This document shows positions 8,692 to 18,356 of a stretch of DNA of 64,000 bases, in pieces (positions within the stretch are counted from its first letter, which is position 1; each line of letters begins with the position of its first letter). The notes under the pieces are model-generated. The model had not been told where the DNA came from. It did not search any database and saw only the letters and a list, made by a program, of their open reading frames with translations. The DNA comes from Candidatus Saccharimonadales bacterium (GTDB lineage Bacteria > Patescibacteriota > Saccharimonadia > Saccharimonadales > UBA10212): NCBI GenBank assembly GCA_036507655.1, contig DATCIS010000019.1, positions 10,736-74,735 on the forward strand, read 5' to 3'. Made by a program: the position numbers and the translations under genes.

Positions 8692-9237
8692 CTATTTATC
8701 TTCTGTTTTGGCTTCTGTAGCTTTTTCTTCGTGTTTGACGAGCGCTTCTTCAGCTTTGGCTTCTTCTTGGGCCTGCTTTTCGGCTTTTTTGGCCTCTTTT
8801 TCTTCGTGGGCTTTCTCTGCCGCCTCTTTCAGCTTCTCGGCTTCAGCCTCAGCTTCTTCGTCATGAATAATATTAACTTTCTCTTTATCAAAATCAACAC
8901 CCATTAAGCGAGCGCTTTTACCTGTCAACTGGCGCATATACGTCAAATAGTTGCGTCGGACTTTTGCGCGCTTGGTGACCTCGACTTTCAAGACGTTCGG
9001 TGAGTGGATAAAGAAGGTTTTTTCAACGCCGATGCCGCTAGCAATACGCCGCACAGTGAAATTTGAAGTGTGGCTGTTTTTACGAGATGTTCTAATAACT
9101 AAGCCCTCGAAAACCTGGATGCGCTCTTTGCCGCGCTCTTTGATTTTTTGCGAAACTTTAACTGTATCGCCGCTGCGTACATCAACAACGGCCTTCTTCT
9201 TATACTGGGCATTAATTTTCTCTATCACACTCTCCAT
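8692..9237 (-). CDS. rplS: 50S ribosomal protein L19 with a ~60-aa Lys/Glu/Ala-rich C-terminal extension
   Basis: L19 core (KVSQKIKERGKERIQVFEGLVI...FTVRRIASGIGVEKTFFIHSPNV) then EEAEAEAEKLKEAAEKAHEEKEAKKAEKQAQEEAKAEE tail. Confidence 0.9.
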   Translation of the reverse strand: MESVIEKINAQYKKKAVVDVRSGDTVKVSQKIKERGKERIQVFEGLVIRTSRKNSHTSNFTVRRIASGIGVEKTFFIHSPNVLKVEVTKRAKVRRNYLTYMRQLTGKSARLMGVDFDKEKVNIIHDEEAEAEAEKLKEAAEKAHEEKEAKKAEKQAQEEAKAEEALVKHEEKATEAKTEDK

Positions 9238-9265
9238 AGACCAGTGAATTTTACACTATAACTTC

Positions 9266-10864
9266 TTAACCGACAACTCTGTAGACTTCTTCGATGGTCG
9301 TCAGGCCAGCAAGGGCTTTTAGGACACCGTCCTGTTCCATCGTTTGCATACCATCTCTGACGGCCTGTGCCTCAAGCATTTCGGTTGTTACCTCATTCGG
9401 TGGTCGCCGTAATAATTCCTGTACTCCGGGTGTCATTAGAAGCTGCTCACGAATAGGCAATACGCCGGAATAACCAAACGGGTTATCAGCTGAGCTACCG
9501 GCATTGTAGAGAGTAGGGTTTTGCAAGTTCGGCCTTTGCACTTGAGACGGCAGCCGGTCTATGACTGTGAGCAAATGTTTTTTGAGGTTTTCATCGGGTT
9601 GGTAGGGTTGCTTGGTGGCGTCGTCCAACCGCCTAACTAGCCTTTGGGCCATAACTAGTCTCATAGCACTGGCAAACAACGGGTTGATGCCGACCATGTC
9701 CAGCATCCTTGATAAAGCCGCCGCCGCACTGCCGGCGTGGAAAGTCGTCAGCACCAGATGCCCTGTTAGTGCGCCTTGCAGAGCCGTTTTGGCGGTATCC
9801 TTGTCGCGAATTTCGCCAACCATTACTACATCGGGGTCGAGCCTAAGTACCGCCCGCAGCTTCTCGGCAAAACTTTCGGCTTCCAACGCGCCGTGCACCG
9901 GAATTTGGACCACTCCTGGCATGTTGTACTCAACTGGATCCTCCAAAGTTATGATTTTTCGCTCCGGGGTATTAAGCGTATTTAAAATCGAGTAAAGTGT
10001 GGTGGTTTTTCCCGAGCCGGTCGGACCGACGACGATAACCATACCAGTTGGGCGCTTAATAATATCTTGAACGGCCGCCATCTCTGGAGCGCTTAGGCTA
10101 AGGTTCTCGAGTTTGAAAAGTTCAAGTCTGAGGTTGAAAAGGCGCATAACGATGTCCATGCCATAAACGGTCGGAACGGTTTCGACACGCAGGTTGAGTG
10201 CTACTTCTTCGCCAGTGGCCATTTTGTATTGCCGACTGATGTGCCCTTGTTGGGCGTCGTCGGCGTTAGTTGAAACATTAGCCGCGCTGGCTATAGCCGC
10301 CGTTAGGTGACGGTACTTTTCGTGACCAACAAATGCTATTGGGTGCAGCACACCGTCGATGCGGAGGCGGACTCTGATGTTATCTTTTTGAGTTTCCAGA
10401 TGGATGTCGCTGGCTTTGAGCTTGTAAGCCTGCTGGACCAGGTATGCCAGCATGTCATCTGGCCGCACTTCTACTAGAGTTTTGCTGACCGTGTCGATTA
10501 TGTTCTGACGGCCAGCTTCGGCAATTGTTATATCGTGGTATTCAACCTGTTTTGGCGGGTCATAAAGCTGCATGTATTCGCGGAAACCGGCGTCAGATAT
10601 AAGCGAGAACTTGGTTATGTAATCAGTGAACCGGCCCCTGAGTTGATTTATTGTCTGCTGTGGGGTGGTGGTGATGATGCCGAAGTGGATATTGTGCTCA
10701 TCGGCCATCAATGGCACAACCCGCAGGCTGTAGAGCTCAGGCACAGCCAGGATAGTCTTATAAAGCTGTTTTTGCAGTTGCGAGGTGTCAATGTAGTTTA
10801 AGCCGAGAACTTGCGCTCGGCGCTGCGCCATTATTTCTTCGTCACGACGCCCACCCTGATTCAT
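9266..10864 (-). CDS. pilB: type IV pilus assembly ATPase PilB (GspE/PilB family secretion ATPase)
   Basis: 532 aa; N-terminal T2SSE_N-like region, Walker A VVGPTGSGKTTTLYS, Asp/His boxes; length fits PilB rather than PilT. Confidence 0.85.
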   Translation of the reverse strand: MNQGGRRDEEIMAQRRAQVLGLNYIDTSQLQKQLYKTILAVPELYSLRVVPLMADEHNIHFGIITTTPQQTINQLRGRFTDYITKFSLISDAGFREYMQLYDPPKQVEYHDITIAEAGRQNIIDTVSKTLVEVRPDDMLAYLVQQAYKLKASDIHLETQKDNIRVRLRIDGVLHPIAFVGHEKYRHLTAAIASAANVSTNADDAQQGHISRQYKMATGEEVALNLRVETVPTVYGMDIVMRLFNLRLELFKLENLSLSAPEMAAVQDIIKRPTGMVIVVGPTGSGKTTTLYSILNTLNTPERKIITLEDPVEYNMPGVVQIPVHGALEAESFAEKLRAVLRLDPDVVMVGEIRDKDTAKTALQGALTGHLVLTTFHAGSAAAALSRMLDMVGINPLFASAMRLVMAQRLVRRLDDATKQPYQPDENLKKHLLTVIDRLPSQVQRPNLQNPTLYNAGSSADNPFGYSGVLPIREQLLMTPGVQELLRRPPNEVTTEMLEAQAVRDGMQTMEQDGVLKALAGLTTIEEVYRVVG

Positions 10865-10899
10865 ACAACCATTAAAGCATAGCCTTTAATGAGCTGAAA

Positions 10900-10924
10900 G
10901 CCGTTAGCTGACAGCCGATAGCCG
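10900..10924. repeat. second copy of the GCCGTTAGCT / AGCCGATAGCCG motif pair
   Basis: aagccgttagctgacagccgatagccgaa in the pilB/trmH divergent region, next to an 8-bp inverted repeat CATTAAAG-N6-CTTTAATG at 10868-10889. Confidence 0.45.
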
Positions 10925-10971
10925 AAATGATTAAGCTATGAGCCAAAAACTATTAGCTATAAGCTAAAGCT

Positions 10972-11508
10972 ATGCTCCGCATAGTTTTAATAGCGCATAA
11001 CGTACGCTCGGCCCACAATGTCGGCTCAATTCTACGCAGCGCCGACGGTTTTGGTGTGGAGAGGGTTTACCTGACCGGCTTTACGCCGCATCCGCAAACA
11101 AGCGATGATAAAAGGATGCCGCATGTGGCTAAACGAGCGGCGGATCAGATAGCCAAAACCGCTTTGGGGGCCTAAAAAAAACTTAATTGGCAGCACCGTT
11201 CAGATGTCATAAAACTGCTAGCCAAACTGAAAAAAGAGGGATTTTCATTGGCGGCTCTGGAACAAACCGACAAGGCCGTAGCTTTGCCAAATTTCAGTCC
11301 CACTAACGACATGGCCTTGATTGTCGGTAGCGAAATCGCCGGCATTGAGCAAAGCATATTGAATGCCGCTGAAATTCATCTGTCGATACCGATGCTAGGA
11401 AAAAAAGAGTCCTTTAACGTGGCTGTGGCAGCCGCTGTAGCGCTATACTATTTACGATGGTATAATCGTAAGCTGAATGACCGCCAAAATAAAAATGCGC
11501 TCATATAA
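10972..11508 (+). pseudogene. SpoU/TrmH-family RNA 2'-O-methyltransferase interrupted by one in-frame TAA at 11173-11175
   Basis: ORFs 10972-11175 and 11248-11508 share a frame. Read-through gives one ~178-aa SpoU protein: motif 1 [15 protein letters not shown], motif 2 ALIVGSEIAGI, motif 3 IPMLGKKESFNVAVAAAVALYY. The stop sits in ...LGA*KKLNWQ before an A8 run. Confidence 0.6.
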
Positions 11509-12538
11509 AACCGGCCATCGCTCACCCCGTAAACCAAAAGGGATAAGCGATAAGGCTTTTAGAAGAGTTTATTGGCCGTACCTACCGGTGGTTCTGATAA
11601 TTGGTGTTCTGCTGTCGTTTAGCTCGCAGGCCGGTGTCTTTTCGGCATTGATTCATCAACCAGGCGGCCGGGTTCTGGCCTACGCCACCAGTATGAGCAG
11701 CGGTGGACTTCAAGGCAGTACAAACAGCGCCAGGGCCCAAAACGGTGTAGCATCGCTACAAATAAACAGCAAGCTGGCGGCTGCCGCTCAGGCCAAAGCT
11801 GACGATATGGCCAGCCGTAATTACTGGAGCCACAACACACCCGAAGGCAACCCCCCTTGGACGTTCGTTACTGCCCAAGGATATAGCTACCAGAAACTCG
11901 GCGAGAACCTGGCCGCCGGTTTTAGTGATGAGCAATCGGCTATTAACGGTTGGATGGGTTCGCCGCCTCATCGAGACAATATGCTTGATTCGGCCTTTTT
12001 GGAGGTTGGCTTCGGCTGGGCCAGCAATCCAAACTACACTTCAGCTGGTGGTGGGCCGATGACGATTGTTGTGGCTTTTTATGGTAAGCCGCAGGTCCTA
12101 TCAAGCCAATCGTCAAACAATTCCACCCCACCGCCATCAGCGTCAGTTAAGTCAACAGCGCCGGCACCAACATCACCGGATATAACAATACAACCGCCAT
12201 CATCAGCGCCGGCCGAAGTTACCGAACCCAAGAATGAGGCTGCTACAGCGTCACCAAACACCGATACGAACATCAATTCATCTCAACTGGCTGGTAAATC
12301 CTCAAGGTTACAGCTTGTCTTAGCTAGCTTCCCAGTGGCTAAATTCGCCACCACATTTGCGCTTTTAGGAGCGGTCGCCGCCATTGCTATATGGCTGGGC
12401 CGACATGCGCTAGCGGTCCGCCGGGCTTTATTTAAAAGCGAGCGTTTTGCAATTAGGCACCCGATTCTAGACTTAGGCCTGCTAATCATCGCGGCGCTAT
12501 CCTACTTACTGACACAAACCGCCGGATTTATCCAATAG
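11477..12538 (+). CDS. CAP/SCP/PR1-like (YkwD-type) domain protein with N-terminal signal-anchor, Ser/Pro-rich linker and C-terminal transmembrane segments
   Basis: CAP core NGWMGSPPHRDNMLDSAFLEVGFGWA; low-complexity SSQSSNNSTPPPSASVKSTAPAPTSPDITIQPPSSAPA; hydrophobic tail; start probably at a downstream ATG (MRSYK...). Confidence 0.65.
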   Translation: MTAKIKMRSYKTGHRSPRKPKGISDKAFRRVYWPYLPVVLIIGVLLSFSSQAGVFSALIHQPGGRVLAYATSMSSGGLQGSTNSARAQNGVASLQINSKLAAAAQAKADDMASRNYWSHNTPEGNPPWTFVTAQGYSYQKLGENLAAGFSDEQSAINGWMGSPPHRDNMLDSAFLEVGFGWASNPNYTSAGGGPMTIVVAFYGKPQVLSSQSSNNSTPPPSASVKSTAPAPTSPDITIQPPSSAPAEVTEPKNEAATASPNTDTNINSSQLAGKSSRLQLVLASFPVAKFATTFALLGAVAAIAIWLGRHALAVRRALFKSERFAIRHPILDLGLLIIAALSYLLTQTAGFIQ

Positions 12539-12600
12539 CCTCACTCGCACCGCCACCCTGCCAGCCAGCTGAGCCGGCTGCACCGGTGGCTTATCCAGAC

Positions 12601-15600
12601 CTACTTCACGACTATGTTGGTGGGGCCGAAAATAGCCGCTAAAGCACGCAGACTCTCCTCGTTGACGCTGATAGTTTGGGGTAATTTAATAGCCTGCTTG
12701 GCTTCAGGGTTGCCAGTAACAATGACCACCTCGGTATCACCTTGGAAACTATCCAGCTTATCCTTCAGGTTCATAAGCAGTGGCTGGTCCGAGCTGTTTT
12801 CTAGTCTAATGAATAGGCGCTGGGTAGAATCATTGTTATCACCCTTAGAGTCGGTGCCTTTGGCGGCGTCTTCGGGCGTAAGGATTCGGGCTTCTTCGAC
12901 AATCACTTTCCAATCATCGGTCTCTGAGTTGTCCCTATCACGTGTAGTTAGCCTGCCCTTGGCCAGTACGACATTATCTCTTATCCATAAATGCGGCTTG
13001 GCTTCATAGAATCTCGGGAAAACTATCAATTCTATCTCGCCGCTTAAATCAGCAATTTTAGCAAAAGCCATCTTTGAACCATTCTTAGTAGTTATCTCGC
13101 GGGTACTGGTAATTGAACCGCCCACTGTCACTTCACGCCCGTCCATTTCGGCTTCTAAACTGCCAATTGGTTTGGCCTGCTGGTCGAGCACGTCTGCGTA
13201 GTCATCGAGCGGGTGCTGGCTTAGATATAAACCGAGAAGTTCGCGCTCCCATGACAACTGAATGTTTTGAGAATATGGAACGGCCTCTTCGTCCCAGCGC
13301 ATTTTGAGCGAAGTCGCGGAGTCATCGCCGCCACCACCGAACAAATCAACTTGCCCGCTCAAAGTCTCTTTGCCTAGCCTCTGTGCCAGACTTAAGATGT
13401 TCTCGACATTGTTAAGTAACCGGCTGCGGTCTCCAAGCGAATCAATTGTGCCCGATTTAATCAGGCTCTCCAAAGCCTTGCGATTAACAATATGGGCGTT
13501 GACGTGCCGGCTGAAATCCTCGATTGATTTGAATTTGCCACCTAATTTTTCACGGGCCAGCAGAATTTCCTCGACCGTGCCGTGCCCGACGTTCTTTATG
13601 GCATCCAGTCCGAATCGTATCTGATTTTTACCCGGCACAACAGCGAATTCGTGGAATGATTCGTTTATATCCGGCGGCAGAACTTCAATGCCCATGTGCT
13701 TGCATTCGGTAATTTCAATAGCCAATCGGTCGATATTGTCATAATCACTGGTCATCAGCGCTGCCATAAAGGCCGCTGGATAATGAGCTTTGAGATAAGC
13801 GGTTTGGTAGGCAATCAGGCCATAGCAGGCGGAATGAACCTTATTAAAGCAATAAGCGGCAAACTCCTCTAGCTGGCGCCAGAAACGCTCCATCATCTTA
13901 CGGTCAGCGCCGACGGTTTTAATTCCCCCTTCAATGAAATCCTTCTTCAGCTTAGCCATGACGATTGGATTTTTCTTGCCTATGGCATAGCGTAGTGTAT
14001 CAGCATGGCCACCAGAGAATCCGCACATCTCCATGCTTATCTGCATCACTTGTTCTTGGTAGACAATCACCCCATAGGTATTTTCGAGGGCCGACTTCAT
14101 GGCCGGGTGGAGATATTCGATTTGGCGCTGCCCATGCTTACGAGCGATAAAATCTTCAATCCATTGCATCGGACCGGGGCGGTAGAGTGCAACCATGGCG
14201 ATGATATCTTCAAAAACGGTCGGTTTGAGCTGTTTCAGATACCGCTTCATACCGGCTGATTCAAGTTGAAAAACACCGGTCGTTTCACCTTTTTGCAGCA
14301 ACTCAAAGGTTTTTTTATCGTCAAGTGGAATCTCACCGATATCAATGTTTTTGCCGTAGACCTTCTTAACTATGCGTAGTGTATTTTTAATGATTGTCAG
14401 GTTAGACAAACCCAAGAAGTCCATCTTAAGGAGCCCTAGATCTTCTATCGGGAACATCGAGTACTGGGTAGCGATGGCTCCGCTCTGAGCCACTTCGAGC
14501 GGCACAAAATTAACAATTTCATCAGGTGCAATTACCACTCCGGCGGCATGAACGCCGTGGCTGCGAATAGTGCCCTCAAGCCGCATAGCCAAATCAAAAA
14601 CCTGTCTGGCTCTTCCGTTCTCAGCGTACTCCCGCTTCAAATCGGGTACCTGCTTCAGGTGTTGAGCCAAGGCTGTGTGCCTGCCCTGAACAGGTGGCGG
14701 AATCATTTTGGCTAATCTATCAGCCTCGGCATACGGCACCCGCAGTACCCGGGCGACATCTCTTACGGAGTTGCGTGCTGCCATCTGTCCGAATGTCACA
14801 ATGTTGGCTACCCTGTCGCGGCCATACTTTTCAATACAATAATTTATAACCTCATCACGCCTGTTGTCTTGGATGTCGATATCCATATCGGGCATGCTGA
14901 TGCGATCGGGGTTAAGAAAACGTTCAAAGAGCAGGTCGTATTTTAGTGGCTCGATCTCAGTAATACGCAAGCCGTAGGCCATTATCGAGCTGGCGGCGCT
15001 ACCGCGGCCAGGTCCGAACACTATTCCATGATCTTTCCCCCAATTAATAAAATCAGCCACGATTAGAAAATAGCCATTAAAATCCATGCTATTGACTACT
15101 CCTAGCTCATATTTCGCTCGGTCAATGACCTCCCCCCTTAAAGTCTTCTTGGCATCCGTAACTGTCAGCTTATTGGCCTTTGTACGTGAGACGCCGCCGT
15201 AACGCCACGCCAGACCCCGCCAGACCTCTTTTTCCAATAGGCTACGCTCGGTTTCACCCCTGGGTGTTGGAAACTGTGGGATTAGGATTTTGCCAAGCTC
15301 TAACTCAACGCCGCAGCGCTCAGCAATCTCACGTGTATTTTGTAACAACTCTGGGTGCTGCCTATTCCATCTTCTGATAATGTCTTTGGGGTCGGCCACC
15401 TGTAACTGAAAGTCTTTCAGGCTCATGCGCTCAGTGTCTTCTAAAAATGCTCCGGTTTGAATACAAAGAAGTACCTCGTGAGCTTCCTGATCCTCCTGCA
15501 TTAGATAGTGTGAATCGCAAGTAACGACAGCCGGTATGTTGAGTTCGCTACTTAGTTTGAGAAGGTCCTGGTTGACTCTGGTCTGTTCATCCCAAACATT

Positions 15601-16176
15601 CGGGTGCTCAGCGTGTCCGTGGTCTTGCAGCTCAAGATAATATCGATCGCCAAAAATCTTTTTATACCAGCTGGCAACTTTTTTAGCCTGCTCCAGCCGG
15701 CCGGATCTGAGTGCGTTGCCGAGTTCGCCCTGCAGGCAGCCGGAAAGGACAATAAGGCCTTCGTTATACTTTTCAATCAGTTCTTTATCTACTCTCGGAC
15801 GATAATAAAACCCCGCTAAGTTAGCGATTGAAGACAGACGCATGAGGTTCTGGTAGCCGGCATTATTGCTAGCTAGCATTGTCAGGTGATAAGCTGCCCG
15901 GTCATACGCCGGGTCCTTGTCCTTGTGAGAACGCGGAGCAACATAGGCCTCCATGCCGATTATCGGTTTGATATTGTGGTCTTTGGCGTGTTTATAAAAT
16001 TCAACCGCGCCGCTCATCAATCCGTGATCGGTCATGGCTACCGCCTCCATGCCAAGTTCAACCACTCGCTCCATTAATGCCGGAACTTTAGTCAGACCAT
16101 CCAGCAATGAATACTGAGTATGATTATGTAAGTGAACAAAGTCACTCGGCTTAAGTTTTACCCCCGGCTTGGCCAT
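12601..16176 (-). CDS. dnaE: DNA polymerase III alpha subunit
   Basis: 1191 aa; PHP domain FVHLHNHTQYSLLDG, polymerase core, OB fold. Confidence 0.95.
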   Translation of the reverse strand: MAKPGVKLKPSDFVHLHNHTQYSLLDGLTKVPALMERVVELGMEAVAMTDHGLMSGAVEFYKHAKDHNIKPIIGMEAYVAPRSHKDKDPAYDRAAYHLTMLASNNAGYQNLMRLSSIANLAGFYYRPRVDKELIEKYNEGLIVLSGCLQGELGNALRSGRLEQAKKVASWYKKIFGDRYYLELQDHGHAEHPNVWDEQTRVNQDLLKLSSELNIPAVVTCDSHYLMQEDQEAHEVLLCIQTGAFLEDTERMSLKDFQLQVADPKDIIRRWNRQHPELLQNTREIAERCGVELELGKILIPQFPTPRGETERSLLEKEVWRGLAWRYGGVSRTKANKLTVTDAKKTLRGEVIDRAKYELGVVNSMDFNGYFLIVADFINWGKDHGIVFGPGRGSAASSIMAYGLRITEIEPLKYDLLFERFLNPDRISMPDMDIDIQDNRRDEVINYCIEKYGRDRVANIVTFGQMAARNSVRDVARVLRVPYAEADRLAKMIPPPVQGRHTALAQHLKQVPDLKREYAENGRARQVFDLAMRLEGTIRSHGVHAAGVVIAPDEIVNFVPLEVAQSGAIATQYSMFPIEDLGLLKMDFLGLSNLTIIKNTLRIVKKVYGKNIDIGEIPLDDKKTFELLQKGETTGVFQLESAGMKRYLKQLKPTVFEDIIAMVALYRPGPMQWIEDFIARKHGQRQIEYLHPAMKSALENTYGVIVYQEQVMQISMEMCGFSGGHADTLRYAIGKKNPIVMAKLKKDFIEGGIKTVGADRKMMERFWRQLEEFAAYCFNKVHSACYGLIAYQTAYLKAHYPAAFMAALMTSDYDNIDRLAIEITECKHMGIEVLPPDINESFHEFAVVPGKNQIRFGLDAIKNVGHGTVEEILLAREKLGGKFKSIEDFSRHVNAHIVNRKALESLIKSGTIDSLGDRSRLLNNVENILSLAQRLGKETLSGQVDLFGGGGDDSATSLKMRWDEEAVPYSQNIQLSWERELLGLYLSQHPLDDYADVLDQQAKPIGSLEAEMDGREVTVGGSITSTREITTKNGSKMAFAKIADLSGEIELIVFPRFYEAKPHLWIRDNVVLAKGRLTTRDRDNSETDDWKVIVEEARILTPEDAAKGTDSKGDNNDSTQRLFIRLENSSDQPLLMNLKDKLDSFQGDTEVVIVTGNPEAKQAIKLPQTISVNEESLRALAAIFGPTNIVVK

Positions 16177-16268
16177 TACCTAAATTATAAAGGAGAGGCT
16201 GGTTGGGTTATAGGGTTTTAGACGAAATAACTACAGTCCTACCCGCTAGACCACTATAACGCTCTTTT

Positions 16269-16679
16269 TCAGCTTTTGAAATATTTGCTCAGATTCTTTT
16301 TGGCTTGTTTTGCCTGTTTGATGGCTTTATTCAATTCCGGGTCTTTTGCCTCGCCGGCCTTAAAGGCTTTTAAGACGGCCCCGGACTTGTTCTTGGCATC
16401 TTTGGCTGCGACTACTGCTTCGTTGAATTCCTCGCGGGCTTTGGCGCTTAGTGCCATCGTCTTATCTTTGGCGTCTTTAACAAGTTCGTCAAGTTCATCG
16501 CGCAAGTCTTGCAACTGCTCTGCGGCTTCATCCTTTAACTCTGAGACTTTCTCGGCTAAATCTTCCCTGGTTTCCTGGCCGCTTTTGGGTGCTGTTAAAA
16601 TACCGGTGATGTAACCAACGGCTCCGGCCAGTAAAGCGCCGATAGCTATCTTTCTACCAGTGTGCTGATCTTTGACCAT
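16269..16679 (-). CDS. YtxH-like general stress protein
   Basis: 136 aa; N-terminal anchor IAIGALLAGAVGYITGILTAPKSG then Lys/Ala/Glu-rich helical region typical of the YtxH family. Confidence 0.5.
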   Translation of the reverse strand: MVKDQHTGRKIAIGALLAGAVGYITGILTAPKSGQETREDLAEKVSELKDEAAEQLQDLRDELDELVKDAKDKTMALSAKAREEFNEAVVAAKDAKNKSGAVLKAFKAGEAKDPELNKAIKQAKQAKKNLSKYFKS

Positions 16680-16682
16680 AAT

Positions 16683-16913
16683 CTAACCCTTTCTACCGCG
16701 CGTGCGCGTGATTATATTTGTTACTAGGCGAACCCACGGCATGGCTGCCGCGCTCCTTCTGAACGCGGTGGCTGCCGATTCCACGCTATCGGCCACGTTA
16801 TCCGCCTTGCGCAGGAATTTAATGAAAAAAATCAACGTAATACTTAGTAGTAATAGAAATACAGCTAATACCGAGCTAACGATGATAAGTAAAACGTTGG
16901 CTGCCGTTTCCAT
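16683..16913 (-). CDS. DUF948-like small membrane protein
   Basis: 76 aa; single TM LLIIVSSVLAVFLLLLSITLIFFIKFL followed by a short helical region; adjacent to a YtxH-like gene as in ytxG-ytxH arrangements. Confidence 0.4.
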   Translation of the reverse strand: METAANVLLIIVSSVLAVFLLLLSITLIFFIKFLRKADNVADSVESAATAFRRSAAAMPWVRLVTNIITRTRGRKG

Positions 16914-16916
16914 GCG

Positions 16917-18356
16917 TTAATTATACCCCAGATGTTTCTTAATAAGTTTCTCGGCCAGGGCCGGATTGGCTTGGCCGTGGGATTTAGTCATTACCTGGCC
17001 AACCAGAAAACCGATAGCCCTCTCCTGGCCGGCCTTGATGTCTTCGACTACTTTAGGATTTTGGGCGATGACTGCGACTACAACTTTTTCAACTTCTGCT
17101 TCATCCGAGACTTGCAGCAAGTTGAGTTTTTGTGCAATTGTGCGGGGGTCGTCGGTTGTGCTCAATAGCTGCTCAAAGACAGTTCTGGCCGCCGTCGAGC
17201 TGAGCTCGCCTCCATCCACCATTTTAGAAAGAGTTATTAACCGCTCCGAGTCGACTTCCGGTTCGATTTCGCCAGTCATTGCTTCATCGGGCGGTTCGGC
17301 CTGTATAAGCCAAAAGGCTGCTCGCCGAGCGTCTTCTGGCCCGGCGGCCTCCAATACGTCCAGGATTGGCTTAATAATCGATGCTCTATCTAGTATATCT
17401 TCAATTACTTGCGGCTTAATTTCGAGTTTACCGAGTTGGGCACGGGTCTCACCGGGTAACTTGGGTAGTTTAGCTTTAATCCGATCAATAAAAGCGTCAT
17501 CTAGCTCTACCGGCGGTACATCCGGCTCTGGCATATAACGGTAATCCTCAGCTTCCTCTTTAGTCCGCTGGGCAAAGGTTTTTTGTTTGGCTTCGTCCCA
17601 GCCGCGGGTTTCTTGCACTACGCTGCCGCCTTTTTCTAGCACTTCAATCTGGCGCTTGATTTCATAGGCTACGGCCGCTTCAACGCTGCGGAAGCTGTTT
17701 AAGTTTTTGACCTCGCTTCTGGTTCCCAATTTGCCCGGGTCTGAGCTGACGCTAACATTCAGATCAAACCGCATATGCCCGTGATACAAATCTCCATCGG
17801 AGACATCGGCGTACTTCATTAGTAAATATAGCTCGCGGACATAGGCTTTGGCCTCAGCCGGTGAGTGGATGTCTGGCTTACTAACTATTTCCAATAGTGG
17901 CGTTCCGGCCCGGTTGAGGTCAACGAGTGAATAATCAGCACCAGCCGGATGGGTATTCTTGCCGGCATCTTCTTCTAGGTTGGCCCGTTCTATAGCGATA
18001 TTTCTGTCGCGGCCATCAACATCGATTTGAACCTGCCCACCTATAATAATCGGGTCTTCATACTGAGTTATTTGATAGCCTTTGGGCAAATCCGGGTAAA
18101 AATAGTGTTTACGCTCAAATTTGCAGAATTTTTGAGGTCGGGTGCCAAGCGCAAAGGCTGCACACACACATATATTTATTGCTTCGCGGTTTAGAACCGG
18201 TAGGGCGCCTGGCATACCAACGCAAATATGGCTAATCAGAGAGTTTGGCGAGGCGCTTCTGGCATCATTGCCGACTGCCGCGAAGAGCTTAGTTTTGGTC
18301 TTTAGTTGTACATGGGTTTCGATACCAATTGTCGGGGCGTACTTCTCCGAACTCAT
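16917..18356 (-). CDS. gatB: Asp-tRNA(Asn)/Glu-tRNA(Gln) amidotransferase subunit B
   Basis: 479 aa; GatB N-terminal catalytic and C-terminal YqeY-like domains. Confidence 0.95.
   Translation of the reverse strand: MSSEKYAPTIGIETHVQLKTKTKLFAAVGNDARSASPNSLISHICVGMPGALPVLNREAINICVCAAFALGTRPQKFCKFERKHYFYPDLPKGYQITQYEDPIIIGGQVQIDVDGRDRNIAIERANLEEDAGKNTHPAGADYSLVDLNRAGTPLLEIVSKPDIHSPAEAKAYVRELYLLMKYADVSDGDLYHGHMRFDLNVSVSSDPGKLGTRSEVKNLNSFRSVEAAVAYEIKRQIEVLEKGGSVVQETRGWDEAKQKTFAQRTKEEAEDYRYMPEPDVPPVELDDAFIDRIKAKLPKLPGETRAQLGKLEIKPQVIEDILDRASIIKPILDVLEAAGPEDARRAAFWLIQAEPPDEAMTGEIEPEVDSERLITLSKMVDGGELSSTAARTVFEQLLSTTDDPRTIAQKLNLLQVSDEAEVEKVVVAVIAQNPKVVEDIKAGQERAIGFLVGQVMTKSHGQANPALAEKLIKKHLGYN

Noticed and set aside
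9266-10864. A type IV pilus gene cluster around pilB.
   Set aside because: Only the ATPase is present in the window. Its neighbours are rplS and a methyltransferase pseudogene, so no pilus cluster can be claimed from this sequence.
10972-11508. Possibility that the in-frame TAA in the SpoU methyltransferase reflects a reassigned stop codon (alternative genetic code).
   Set aside because: TAA terminates yraN and other well-supported genes in the window. TAG (clpC, aminopeptidase, atpF) and TGA (pheS) are also used as stops. No other conserved gene shows internal stops.
16198-16260. Inverted GTTATAG-containing pair upstream of dnaE, possibly related to the GTTATAAC operator array at 7140-7177.
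   Set aside because: Only a 7-bp core is shared and the arms are imperfect. It is mentioned in the finding text but not called as a feature.
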